From Spirochaetia bacterium (GTDB taxonomy: Bacteria; Spirochaetota; Spirochaetia; SZUA-6; Bin103), in NCBI GenBank assembly GCA_965208575.1, contig CBDBOV010000003.1:352001-416000 (forward strand): a stretch of 64,000 bases of DNA, given 5' to 3'. The notes under the pieces are model-generated. The model had not been told where the DNA came from and searched no databases. It saw only the letters and a program-made list of their open reading frames with translations. Position 1 is the stretch's first letter. Each line of letters starts with the position of its first letter. Shown one piece after another: positions 41,632 to 52,839 of the stretch. Both the position numbers and the translations under genes were made by a program.

Positions 41632-42510
41632 TCACCGTGCTCCTCCCTTGCGGACCCTGGGGTTGTAGACCTCGTCGAGACCGATGTTGATCAGTTGCAG
41701 GCCGAGGAAGATCAGCACCAGGATGATCATCGGCGGCAGCACCCACCACAGGATGCCGCGGATCATCGCCCCCCGCCACATCGCCCAGTACACCATGACG
41801 CCGAGGGTGGTGGTGTTCTGCGGTCCCAGGCCGAGAATCTCCAGGAATACCTCGGCGAGGATCGCGCCCGAAACGGCATTCGCGAAGGTGGTGCCGACGT
41901 AGGGCAGCATGTTGGGCAGAATCTCCCGGAACACGATCTTCACGTCGCTCATCCCGGACAGCTTGGCGAGATTGATGAACTCCCGCTTGCGCAGGCTGAG
42001 AACCTGGGAGCGAAAGGTACGGGCCGGGAGCGGCCAGGCGAACACGGCCAGGATCAGGACCAGCGCCGGAATGGTAAGGAACCGGACGTAGGAGGACAGC
42101 ACCACGAGCAGGGGAATGGTGGGGATGACCAGGAACACGTCGGTGACGCTGCGCAGCGAGTCGTCCACCAGGCCGCCCCGGTAGCCGCTGAATATGCCGA
42201 CCGCCGATCCCACCACCAGGCCAACCAGCCCGGTGAAGAACCCGATGATCAGCGACTGCCGGACCGCGTGCACCAACTGGTCGAAGACGTCGCGCCCGAG
42301 CGTGTCGGTACCGAGCAGGTTCTGGAACGAGGGCGGCAGGTCGGGCGCGTGCAGTCCGATCGACGCCACGTCGTAGGGGGCCAGCAGGTCGGCCGCGACG
42401 GAGACCAGCACCAGCACCAGCACGATGGCGAAGCCGACCGACAACTTGGCGTTGGTGCGGAACGCGAACTTGACGGCGCTCTTCGCCGAGGAAGCGATGG
42501 ACACCTTCAC
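41632..42510 (-). CDS. Opp/Dpp-family ABC permease (OppC-like)
   Basis: LLGTDTLGRD, ILPN, WWVLPP. Confidence 0.92.
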   Translation of the reverse strand: MKVSIASSAKSAVKFAFRTNAKLSVGFAIVLVLVLVSVAADLLAPYDVASIGLHAPDLPPSFQNLLGTDTLGRDVFDQLVHAVRQSLIIGFFTGLVGLVVGSAVGIFSGYRGGLVDDSLRSVTDVFLVIPTIPLLVVLSSYVRFLTIPALVLILAVFAWPLPARTFRSQVLSLRKREFINLAKLSGMSDVKIVFREILPNMLPYVGTTFANAVSGAILAEVFLEILGLGPQNTTTLGVMVYWAMWRGAMIRGILWWVLPPMIILVLIFLGLQLINIGLDEVYNPRVRKGGAR

Positions 42511-42512
42511 GG

Positions 42513-43520
42513 TCAGTCACCTCCATGGCTGATGCGCGGATCGATGATCGGATACAGGATTTCGAGGATGAGATTGGCGGTCAGCACCGACAGGATGGTC
42601 AACAGCAGAATACCCTGCAAGAGGTTGTAGTCGAGATTGCCGATCGCGGACAGCAGCAGTGCACCGAGGCCGGGATAGTTGAATATGGTTTCGGTCAGGA
42701 TCGACCCGTTCATGACGAACCCGAGGGCTATCCCGAACGCGGCCGCCTGCGGCAAGAGGGCATTCCTGAGTGCGTACTTGGTCAGAATCATCGACCGCTT
42801 CAGGCCCTTGGCCTCGGCGAGCAGGATGTAGTCTTCGCCGAGCGTGGTCAGGATCATCGAGCGCATGGTGATGACCCAGAAACCGATCGATGCGATGACG
42901 ATCGACAGCGCCGGCAGGGTCGCATGATAGATGATGTCCCAGACCAGCTTCCAGCCTTCCGGGCGCCCGCCGATCAGGCTGAAACCGCCGGAAGATGGGA
43001 ACACGGACAGATTGTAAGAGAAGAAAAAGACCAGCAGCAGGGCCACGAAGTAGTAGGGGATCTGGTTGAGTCCGAGACTCACCACCACAATCGTCGAGTT
43101 TATCTTCGAGTCGCGCCGCCAGCCGACGATCGCGCCGAGCAGGTTGCCGAGCACCCAACTGATCACGGTGGCCACCAGGAGCAGCCCCATGGTCCATGGC
43201 AGTGCAGTTACCAACAACTCCTGCACGGTAGTGGGAAAGGCCATGATCGACGGTCCGAGGTCGCCGCGCAACAGGCTCCACAGGTATCTGAAGTATTGCT
43301 CGAGCCAGGTGCCGTTGAGGCCGAACTGTTCCTTGTATGCCGCGACTATCTCGGCGCCGCCGGAGACCACCTCGCCGTGTTGCGCCATCTGGTCGATGAG
43401 CGCCGAGATGGGGTCGCCCGGAATCATCCGCGGAATGAAGAAGTTCGCGCTGATCGCGATGATCACGGTCAATACATACGCTACCAACCTCCTTCCGATG
43501 TAGGTCACAAGAGCGGCCAT
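42513..43520 (-). CDS. Opp/Dpp-family ABC permease (OppB-like)
   Basis: IPGDP, GDLGPS, AEAKGL, ETIFNYPGLG, IDPRI. Confidence 0.92.
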   Translation of the reverse strand: MAALVTYIGRRLVAYVLTVIIAISANFFIPRMIPGDPISALIDQMAQHGEVVSGGAEIVAAYKEQFGLNGTWLEQYFRYLWSLLRGDLGPSIMAFPTTVQELLVTALPWTMGLLLVATVISWVLGNLLGAIVGWRRDSKINSTIVVVSLGLNQIPYYFVALLLVFFFSYNLSVFPSSGGFSLIGGRPEGWKLVWDIIYHATLPALSIVIASIGFWVITMRSMILTTLGEDYILLAEAKGLKRSMILTKYALRNALLPQAAAFGIALGFVMNGSILTETIFNYPGLGALLLSAIGNLDYNLLQGILLLTILSVLTANLILEILYPIIDPRISHGGD

Positions 43521-43542
43521 GAATGCTCCTTCCGGGTAGACA

Positions 43543-43592
43543 AGATTCCCCCTCTCCCGGCCAACGTCGGGTGCCTGGGGAGAGGGGGAATC
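43543..43592 (-). terminator. Intergenic stem-loop between the binding-protein gene and the first permease
   Basis: GATTCCCCCTCTCCC...GGGAGAGGGGGAATC inverted repeat. Confidence 0.6.
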
Positions 43593-43622
43593 AAGGAATC
43601 GGCAGCCGTTATACGTGCCGGC

Positions 43623-45329
43623 CTACTGGGGCTCGACGTTCAGCAACGTGAACAGGAAGTGCGGCCACCAGTGAAACGGCGTTATGTACGGATCGTCTTC
43701 GCTCGGAAACCCCTTCCAGTGCAGGGTATCGTAGGTGTTCGAGGTAACCGTCTGCAGGGTGCCGATGACCGGCAGGTCGCGCAGGTAGATTTCCTGCGCC
43801 TGCGCCAGCACCTCGTCGGCCCGCGGATCGTCCGGGAGCAGCGCGGTCAGCTCGTCGAGGAGCGCGTCGTACTCGGGGTTCGAGTAGCGGATGCGGTTCT
43901 GATCGGCAGACTCACCTTCCGGCAGGGCATACTTGCTGTGGAAGCCCTCCAGCCAGGCGTACGGGTCCCACGCTTGACCGAGGCCCTGGGCACACGCCCA
44001 CGCCACGTTCATGTCGTAGTCGTTGCGCCGCCACGCTTCACCGTGAGGCGCCGGCTCCAGCACCTTCCACGACGCGTCGACGCCGATCGCCTTGAGGTCC
44101 TCGCTGATGCTCTGCGCCATCTCCCGGTGCCCGGACCACGGCGGCGAAATGATCACCCAGGAGAGCCGGATGCCGTCCGGCGTAACGTAGATGCCGTCGC
44201 GGCCTTTCTCGAAGCCCAGGTCGTCCAGGATCTTGACCGCGCGCTCGGGATCGTACTCCTCGGTGTTGTACTTCTCCAGCATCTCCTTCCAGTCATCCAG
44301 GTACGGCGTGATGGTGCCGTAGTAGGGGTAGGGCAGCTTGGAAGTCCGGGTGACCCCTTCGAAGGCCGCGAAGTTCAGCTTGTTCTTGTTGATGGCGTAG
44401 GAAATCGCCCAGCGTACTTCACGCTGGTCCAGCGGCGGCCGCTGGATGTTGAACCAGAGCGCCCTGGTGCACGGGTCGAGCGCCACCCACACGTCGACGC
44501 CGTCGTTGCGCTTCACGACCGTCTCGTACTGCGACTTGGTGAAGCCGGACCACACGTCCATGCGGTGCTCGATCTGCTCGATCATCATCTTTTCCGCCGG
44601 ACCGGGCCCGGTGACCAGCAGGAACTCCGCACCCGGGAACTCGCCCATCACGTCCTTGGCCCAGTAGTCGTCGCGGCGCTTCCAGGAGACCGCCTCGGCG
44701 CTCGTATCCACCAGCGTGTAGGGGCCGGTCCACACCGGGTCGGGGTAGTTCTTGAAGGTGGTCGGGTCTTCCTTGGACCAGACGTGCTCGGGCACGATCG
44801 GCGGCACCCAGAGGCCGATCAGGAAGCTGTAGTGCGCCCTGGTGTGGGGCTCTTTCAGCTTGATGAATACGGTGTGCGAGTCCTCCGCCCGGACCTCGGT
44901 CATCCACTCGTCGATCCACCCCGACCAGCGCAGGGTGGGGGCGTTTGCCTTCAGCATGTTGTAGGTGAAGACGACGTCGTCGGCGTTGAACTGTTCGCCG
45001 TCACTCCAGGTGACGCCCTCACGCAGCTTGATGGTGATGGAGTCGTGGTTGGGTCCATACTCGAACGAGGTGCCGAGCCACGGCACGATCTCGCCCTGGT
45101 ACAGGTTCATGTAGAAGAGATTCTCCGCCATCCACCAGTTACCGGTTTCACCACGGTGGCCGGCCAGGTATGGATTGTACAGTTCGGGCGCACCGAACTT
45201 TCTGCCGGCGCGCACGATGAGGGTATCTTCGCGCGGCATGTTCTGAGCCACTACCGGCTCGGCCAGAATGGCGAGGGCGAAGAATGCGAGGACAGAATAC
45301 AAGAACGCCTTGGTTCGTTTCGAGGACAT
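43623..45329 (-). CDS. Family 5 ABC substrate-binding protein (peptide or oligosaccharide)
   Basis: Signal peptide, LREGVTWSDGEQFNADDVVFT, WTGPY, VRWAISYAIN; AAAGGAG RBS. Confidence 0.92.
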   Translation of the reverse strand: MSSKRTKAFLYSVLAFFALAILAEPVVAQNMPREDTLIVRAGRKFGAPELYNPYLAGHRGETGNWWMAENLFYMNLYQGEIVPWLGTSFEYGPNHDSITIKLREGVTWSDGEQFNADDVVFTYNMLKANAPTLRWSGWIDEWMTEVRAEDSHTVFIKLKEPHTRAHYSFLIGLWVPPIVPEHVWSKEDPTTFKNYPDPVWTGPYTLVDTSAEAVSWKRRDDYWAKDVMGEFPGAEFLLVTGPGPAEKMMIEQIEHRMDVWSGFTKSQYETVVKRNDGVDVWVALDPCTRALWFNIQRPPLDQREVRWAISYAINKNKLNFAAFEGVTRTSKLPYPYYGTITPYLDDWKEMLEKYNTEEYDPERAVKILDDLGFEKGRDGIYVTPDGIRLSWVIISPPWSGHREMAQSISEDLKAIGVDASWKVLEPAPHGEAWRRNDYDMNVAWACAQGLGQAWDPYAWLEGFHSKYALPEGESADQNRIRYSNPEYDALLDELTALLPDDPRADEVLAQAQEIYLRDLPVIGTLQTVTSNTYDTLHWKGFPSEDDPYITPFHWWPHFLFTLLNVEPQ

Positions 45330-45505
45330 TGGCTATGCTCCTTTCGCTGTCTTTGGTTTTGTTGTCTTGAGATTGGTTCGAAGCGATAGCGGATTCACGT
45401 TTGGTAAGGATAGGACAATCCGCATACTGACACCCTGTTTGTTAATTCGATTCGCTCCCCCTTGTTTGTGCAATTGTGTACCGTGCGGCGCAAATGACGG
45501 TGTTG

Positions 45506-45533
45506 TGTATAGTATTCGGCATGGCCCTGTCAA
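45506..45533 (-). promoter_or_regulatory. Putative sigma70 promoter of the Opp-type operon
   Basis: TTGACA-N16-TATACA on the minus strand within an A/T-rich intergenic region. Confidence 0.45.
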
Positions 45534-45578
45534 TACGTGGTGTGCGGCGGCCGCCGGCGCACGGAGCGCGGCGGCGCG

Positions 45579-46235
45579 ATGGCTGAGCATCGGCTCGAGG
45601 GGGTGCGCCGGCTCAGCGCGTCCGCCTGCGTGCTGCGGCTGGAGCGCGGCGAGCTGGCGTTCGAGCCGGGGCAGTACGTGACGCTCGGCCTGGCCGGCAG
45701 CACGGCGCGCCGCGAGTACTCGGTCTACTCCGGCGGCGGCGACCCGTTCCTGGAGGTGCTGATCAAACAGGTGGAAGGCGGCTCGGTGTCGCGCCAGCTC
45801 GCGCGCCTGGCGCCCGGCGCGGTGCTCGACTGCGACGGGCCGTTCGGGTACTTCACGATACCGGCCGCGCGCCGCGGCGAACCGCTGCTGTTCATCGCCT
45901 CCGGCACCGGAATCGCCCCGTTTCGCAGCTTCGCGCGCAGCTACCGCGGCCTGGACTACCGGATCCTGCATGGGGTCAGGACGGCGAGCGAACGCTACGA
46001 CAGCACCGAGTACCCGGCGGAACGCTACCTGTCCTGCCTGAGCCGGGTGCCGGCGGCGGCCGTTCCGCGCGGCAGCTACCATGGCCGGGTTACCGCGTAC
46101 CTGCACGAGCACCCGGTGGCGCCGGGCACCGCCTGCTACCTGTGCGGCAACAGCGAGATGATCTTCGCGGCGTTCGACATTCTCAAAAAGCAGGGCATCG
46201 CGGGCGCCGATCTGTTCGCCGAGGTGTATTTTTAG
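45579..46235 (+). CDS. Ferredoxin-NADP reductase-like FAD/NAD(P)-binding oxidoreductase
   Basis: FEPGQY, RREYS, GPFGYF, IASGTGIAPF, YLCG, terminal EVYF. Confidence 0.88.
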   Translation: MAEHRLEGVRRLSASACVLRLERGELAFEPGQYVTLGLAGSTARREYSVYSGGGDPFLEVLIKQVEGGSVSRQLARLAPGAVLDCDGPFGYFTIPAARRGEPLLFIASGTGIAPFRSFARSYRGLDYRILHGVRTASERYDSTEYPAERYLSCLSRVPAAAVPRGSYHGRVTAYLHEHPVAPGTACYLCGNSEMIFAAFDILKKQGIAGADLFAEVYF

Positions 46236-46244
46236 CGGCACGCG

Positions 46245-48164
<1,920 letters not shown>

Positions 48165-48185
48165 CGGGGGCAGCCGACCCTGGCG

Positions 48186-48611
48186 TCACCCTTCGGCGGT
48201 ACGCGGCAGCACCAGGGTCAGGCGGTTCCGTCCGTCCTCGTAGCGGTAGCTCACGTCTTCGACCAGCGTACGCACCAGGTGCACCCCCACCCCTCCGACG
48301 CGCCGCTCGTCGATCGACAGTTCGGCGTCGAATTCGGGTGCTTCCTGCAGCGGATCGAACCGGGGGCCGTCATCGAGCAACTCGACGGTGACTGCCTTCG
48401 GTGTCGAGCCGACGATGACGTCGAGGTGGCGCGCGCCGCCGTCGCGGCCATGCGTCATGACGTTGAGCGCCAACTCCTCCAGCACCAGGTTCACCTGGAA
48501 CAGCAGCTTGGGGGCCCAGTCGTCCCGCTCCGCCATCTCCTCCACGGCCTCGACAACCCGCGGCAACTCCTCGGGCCGTGCGTCAAGCTGCAGGTGCACG
48601 GCCTCGCTCAC
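48186..48611 (-). CDS. Anti-sigma factor / Ser kinase (RsbW-like HATPase_c_2)
   Basis: EELALNVMTHG, DDGPRFDP, GGVGVHLVR. Confidence 0.9.
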   Translation of the reverse strand: MSEAVHLQLDARPEELPRVVEAVEEMAERDDWAPKLLFQVNLVLEELALNVMTHGRDGGARHLDVIVGSTPKAVTVELLDDGPRFDPLQEAPEFDAELSIDERRVGGVGVHLVRTLVEDVSYRYEDGRNRLTLVLPRTAEG

Positions 48612-48718
48612 ACCGCCGGCCTGCCCGTGGTCGGAGGCGCAACGTTGCGAGTCGGGGCAGGCATCAACATTGCCAGGCGTTCCAGGTGCCGCTCACCGGC
48701 GCCGCTCTCGCAGCCCGT

Positions 48719-49060
48719 CTAGCCGGAAGAGACCGCCGACACCGCGGCCGACTCGGAGTCGTGCACAGGGATGATCCGGTCGAACCCGCTGATCTCGAAC
48801 ACCTCCCGAATCGACTCGGTAAGCTCGCAGAGGGCGAACTTGGTGCCCCGCTTCTGCAGCATTCTCGCGACCATCAACATGACCCGCAGCCCGGAACTGC
48901 TGATGTAGGACAGCTGCTTCAGTTGCAGGACCACCGCACGGTCGCCCTCGTCGATCACCCCTTCGAGGGCCTGTTGAAATTCCTGCGAATTGCTGCCGTC
49001 GACCCGCCCAGCGGCTGTTACGATCAGAGTGTCTCCCTGTCGTTCCTCTGAGATTTTCAT
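48719..49060 (-). CDS. STAS anti-sigma factor antagonist (RsbV-like)
   Basis: GRVD, YISSSGLRV, EVFEISGF. Confidence 0.92.
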   Translation of the reverse strand: MKISEERQGDTLIVTAAGRVDGSNSQEFQQALEGVIDEGDRAVVLQLKQLSYISSSGLRVMLMVARMLQKRGTKFALCELTESIREVFEISGFDRIIPVHDSESAAVSAVSSG

Positions 49061-49187
49061 TCCGACGTGTCTCCTATGCCAATTTGTGATTCGCCACTGC
49101 GCGGATTCGCGCGAACTCGATACGCGACCGCACGTGCGAAGGTTGACGCCGAGTATACTACAACCCGCCGTCCGTCGTCTGCGGCGT

Positions 49188-51707
49188 TCATGCCGCGATT
49201 CGTTTTCTCATGACCAACCGATTGCGCCCGCCGATCACCAGGTAGTCCGCGTCGTCCATCTGTGCCGGGCGTGCGATCTGGTTTCCGGTGCGGCTGATGT
49301 AGCGTCCGTCGCCGCCGGACGCGAGGTCGGACGGCGGATCCACGAGCGTGTACGGCTGGCCGTCGTCGTCCACGGCGACTTCCACAACGCCCTCTTCGAT
49401 GCTGAGCCTGATATCGATTTCGTAGGTGCTGCCGGCCGGCAGCCGGAAGTCGATGGTGGTCGTAAGCACGTCGGCGATGGCCATCTGCACGCTGCGGGTG
49501 TCCGCAATGTCCATGCCGCACTGGCGCGCGAACGTCTCGACGCCCTGCGCAATGCGGGGGATCTCGGCGAGGTCGTTGCGCAGGGAGAGCCGGTGCACGA
49601 CCATCGAGTCCGGCATGTCCTCGCGGCTGAGCACGAGCATCGCGATATCGTCGAATTGCGTCGCCTCGCCGGCGAACGCCTCGACGCCGCGCAGCATGGC
49701 CTCGATGGTGTCGTTGGGGCTGCGCCCCGCACTGGCAAGCAGGTTCTCGCGCATCCGGTCGTAGCCGAATTCCTCTTCCCGCAGGTCGGTCGACTCCGGA
49801 ACCCCGTCGGTATAGAGGAACAGTTTCCCCTGCGGCGGCAGTACCACCTCGCCGTCGTCGTAGGTCAACCCGTCGAACATGGCCAGCGCCACTCCGCCGG
49901 TCAACGGCAGCAGGTCGGCGCGCCCGGGAGCGACCAGTACCGGTGGGTTGTGACCGCCGTTGGCGTAGCGCAGGGTGCCGTCGCGGCGGTCGAAGATGCC
50001 GTAGAAGACCGTTACGAACACGTCCTCGCGCGAGGCGTCGGCGAGCGTATCGTTGACCATCTCCAGGCACTTGCCCGGTCCGTCCAGAACGTAGCGCGCG
50101 GTGGCGCGGATCACGGTGCGGGTGACCGCCATGAACAGGGACGCGGGCACCCCCTTGCCGACGACGTCGCCGATGACGATGCCGACGCGATCGTCGTCGA
50201 GGGGGAAGAAGTCGTAGAAGTCGCCGCCCACCTCCCGGGCCGTCTGCATGGCCGCATGAATGTGGGCGCCCTCGGTGTCGAGGCGCTCGCCGGGCAGGAA
50301 CGAGCGCTGTACGCGGGTGGCGACTTGCAGGTCGTGCTGCAGCGCCAGGTAGGCGGTCTGCGTGCGCAGCGCCTCCTGCAATTCGGCCACCAGCTTGCGC
50401 AACCGTTCCTGTTGCACACCGACGCGGTCGGCCATCTTCTGGAACGCGAACCCCATCATCTGCAGGTCGCCGGCCATTTCCAGGTCGGACTGCACGTCGG
50501 TCTGTTCGTCCGCGGCGGCTTCCTCGGGTACCTCGATCTCGGCCAGGTCGCTGAGGATGTCGCGGCGCTCGTCCTCGTCGAGCGTGGTCGCCAGGCGCGT
50601 CATCTCGCCGCGGATGAAGCGCCCCTCCTGGCGCTGCCGCCTGATCGCGCGGCGGCGGTGGCGGCGCAGCGTCAGCGTCTGGTTGCGGAACGTGTTGACC
50701 GCCTGCGCGATGCGCGCCAATTCGTCGTTGCCGCGCTCACCGCTGATCTTCACCGTGGCCTGGGTGTCGCCGCGTGACAGCGCGTCGAGGACCTGCACCC
50801 CTTCAATAAGCGGAGACAGCGCGCGGCGCAGATAGTAGGAGAGGGCCAGCAGGGATACGAGCAGGAAGCCGCCGATCGACAGAAAGGTGATCATGCTCAC
50901 CTCGCGCTGGCCGGCGAACGCCGCGCTCACGTCGCGCACCGTCACCACGCTCGCGATCAGGTTGCCGAGCGACGCCTCCAGTGGAAAGGCGGCGATCGAG
51001 AATACGCGGTCGTCGAAGCGCAGCACCTGCGAGGCCCCGTCGCGCACGCGTGCCGCACCGCGCACCAGGTCCCAAACCTGCTCGTCGGTGCCTGCCATGA
51101 GGCGGCCGCGCCGGTTCACGATCAGCACTTCCGAACCGGAATCGTCCCTCAGCTCGCGCAGCGCGAAGCCGATGTCGGAGGCGCAGATGGCAATCGCGAG
51201 CAGCGCGCCGTCTTCCCGGTACAGCGGTACGCCGACCGAGAGCGTGATGTTGCGTTCGGCGTCGATCGCCACACCGCTGCTGCCGCTGCCGGCGGCGATC
51301 ATGGCGGCGACCGCATCGTCGCTCGCCGCCGCGGCCGGTTCGAACGCGGGCACCGACGAATACAGCACCTCGCGCGACCGGGACACGATGTCGAGCCGGG
51401 TGACGTCCCTGCTGCGCTGCAGCGTGGCGAGGGTGCGCCGGGCGGCGTCAGACACGAGCCCGCGGTCGCCGCTGACGATGGCGTCGCGCAGGTTGCCGTC
51501 CTCGGCAACCACCGGCGTGACCTCGCGGATACGCTGCAGCCCGGTTTCGACGATCTTGCCCCAAATGGCGCGGCTGCCGTTGATCTCCGTCACCTCCAGT
51601 TGGTTGCGCAGCAACTCCTCCCGCTGGTAGCCGGCGAACAGCAGTCCGGCGACCATGACGGCCAGGAAGGCCACCACGATGATGCCGATGCGTGTCTTGA
51701 TTCCCAC
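49188..51707 (-). CDS. Membrane SpoIIE/PP2C phosphatase with Cache-like sensor, HAMP and degenerate C-terminal HATPase_c_2
   Basis: Two TM segments, NDELARIAQAVN (HAMP), EVGGDFYD, GDVVGKG, LYTDGVPE, FDDIAML, then DDDGQPY...NRLVMRK. Confidence 0.9.
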   Translation of the reverse strand: MGIKTRIGIIVVAFLAVMVAGLLFAGYQREELLRNQLEVTEINGSRAIWGKIVETGLQRIREVTPVVAEDGNLRDAIVSGDRGLVSDAARRTLATLQRSRDVTRLDIVSRSREVLYSSVPAFEPAAAASDDAVAAMIAAGSGSSGVAIDAERNITLSVGVPLYREDGALLAIAICASDIGFALRELRDDSGSEVLIVNRRGRLMAGTDEQVWDLVRGAARVRDGASQVLRFDDRVFSIAAFPLEASLGNLIASVVTVRDVSAAFAGQREVSMITFLSIGGFLLVSLLALSYYLRRALSPLIEGVQVLDALSRGDTQATVKISGERGNDELARIAQAVNTFRNQTLTLRRHRRRAIRRQRQEGRFIRGEMTRLATTLDEDERRDILSDLAEIEVPEEAAADEQTDVQSDLEMAGDLQMMGFAFQKMADRVGVQQERLRKLVAELQEALRTQTAYLALQHDLQVATRVQRSFLPGERLDTEGAHIHAAMQTAREVGGDFYDFFPLDDDRVGIVIGDVVGKGVPASLFMAVTRTVIRATARYVLDGPGKCLEMVNDTLADASREDVFVTVFYGIFDRRDGTLRYANGGHNPPVLVAPGRADLLPLTGGVALAMFDGLTYDDGEVVLPPQGKLFLYTDGVPESTDLREEEFGYDRMRENLLASAGRSPNDTIEAMLRGVEAFAGEATQFDDIAMLVLSREDMPDSMVVHRLSLRNDLAEIPRIAQGVETFARQCGMDIADTRSVQMAIADVLTTTIDFRLPAGSTYEIDIRLSIEEGVVEVAVDDDGQPYTLVDPPSDLASGGDGRYISRTGNQIARPAQMDDADYLVIGGRNRLVMRKRIAA

Positions 51708-51712
51708 CGCGG

Positions 51713-52741
51713 CTACTCGACCACCTGTGCGACGCGCAGCAGTCCCATGGGCGGATAGATCCCCAGTTGCAGCGCCACCGGCATGCGCAGGAGGATCGCG
51801 AACCGGGCCAGCGACCGCACCGGGATCTGTTCCGGCGGCTCGCGGTCGACCAGAATGCGCTCCGCATGCGCGCCGGCCAGCTTGCCGATCAGGTAGTAGC
51901 GGCTGACCAGGCCGAGCATTGCGCGCGAGCGTTCGAAACTCGCTTCGACGGCGGCGAACGACGGGATGCCCTGTTGTGCAGCGCGTTCGCTGATCTGCAG
52001 GCTGTTGACCGTAATGAACGAGTCCGGGCCCATGTACAGGAAGTCGGCGCCGCTTCCCACCAGGTCGTCAACCAGCTCGTCCAGGCGGGTGGCGTCCGGT
52101 CTGCCCTCCGCGTTCAGCGGAACCGGATACTCCAGCAGCGTGATGTCGCGGGCGCCGGTTTCCGTGCGTAGCTGGTCGACGTTGGTCACCGAGTTGCGCT
52201 CCAGCGGGTTGTAGATCACGCCGAGCGTGTCGATCGGGCGGTACGCGAGGATCGTGTCAATCTGCGAACTGATGGGCGTCAGGAAAATGCTGCCGGTGAG
52301 CGGCCGTCCGGGGGCTTCGAACTCCATGACGACCTTGTCCTGTACCGGGTACGAGACGACCGAGAACACGCCGGGAATGTCGCCGATGTGCATGCCCGGC
52401 TCCGCGCCGGTGTGCGGGCCGAAAATACCGAGCGCTACCGAGGTGCCGAAGGTGTGAACCAGGTCCGGCTTTTCGGCGCGTATCTCGGCGGCGAATTCCG
52501 GGAGCCTGGCGCGGTTGCGATCGGCATTGCGCAAGGTGTAGCGCACCGGTATTCCGCGTTCGTACATGTGTGCGCGGAAGCCGTGCTCCACGTCGGTCTC
52601 CCCTCGCCAGACCACCAGGTAGACGTGGAACGCGCCGCCGGCGGACTGCGCGGCGCCGTGACCGGCCGCGGCCAACAGCAATGCGGCGAGGAGCGCGACC
52701 GCGAGCGGAAAGCGCGGCACCGCGTACCATGAGCGCGACAT
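51713..52741 (-). CDS. ABC_sub_bind-type periplasmic substrate-binding protein
   Basis: Signal peptide, KPDLVHTFGT, LGVIYNPLERNS, YYLIGKLAG; start 52741 approximate. Confidence 0.82.
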   Translation of the reverse strand: MSRSWYAVPRFPLAVALLAALLLAAAGHGAAQSAGGAFHVYLVVWRGETDVEHGFRAHMYERGIPVRYTLRNADRNRARLPEFAAEIRAEKPDLVHTFGTSVALGIFGPHTGAEPGMHIGDIPGVFSVVSYPVQDKVVMEFEAPGRPLTGSIFLTPISSQIDTILAYRPIDTLGVIYNPLERNSVTNVDQLRTETGARDITLLEYPVPLNAEGRPDATRLDELVDDLVGSGADFLYMGPDSFITVNSLQISERAAQQGIPSFAAVEASFERSRAMLGLVSRYYLIGKLAGAHAERILVDREPPEQIPVRSLARFAILLRMPVALQLGIYPPMGLLRVAQVVE

Positions 52742-52823
52742 CGCGAGCGGGAGGCGCGGCACCGCTTCCGAGGCGCGCGTCGCGACAGGGAAGCGCGGCA
52801 CCGCGTACCGGCAGCGCGGCGCC
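52701..52823. repeat. Three degenerate 39-42-bp tandem repeats at the 5' end of the binding-protein gene
   Basis: GCGCGGCACCGC core three times (AVPRFP/AVPRLP). Confidence 0.7.
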
Positions 52824-52839
52824 GTGCGCGGGATGCGCC

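Noticed and set aside
42525-45389. Long opposite-strand ORFs (954 aa here; also 45333-47510, 10965-13007, 33872-35890 and others)
   Set aside because: Shadow ORFs of well-supported genes in high-GC DNA, with no recognisable motifs.
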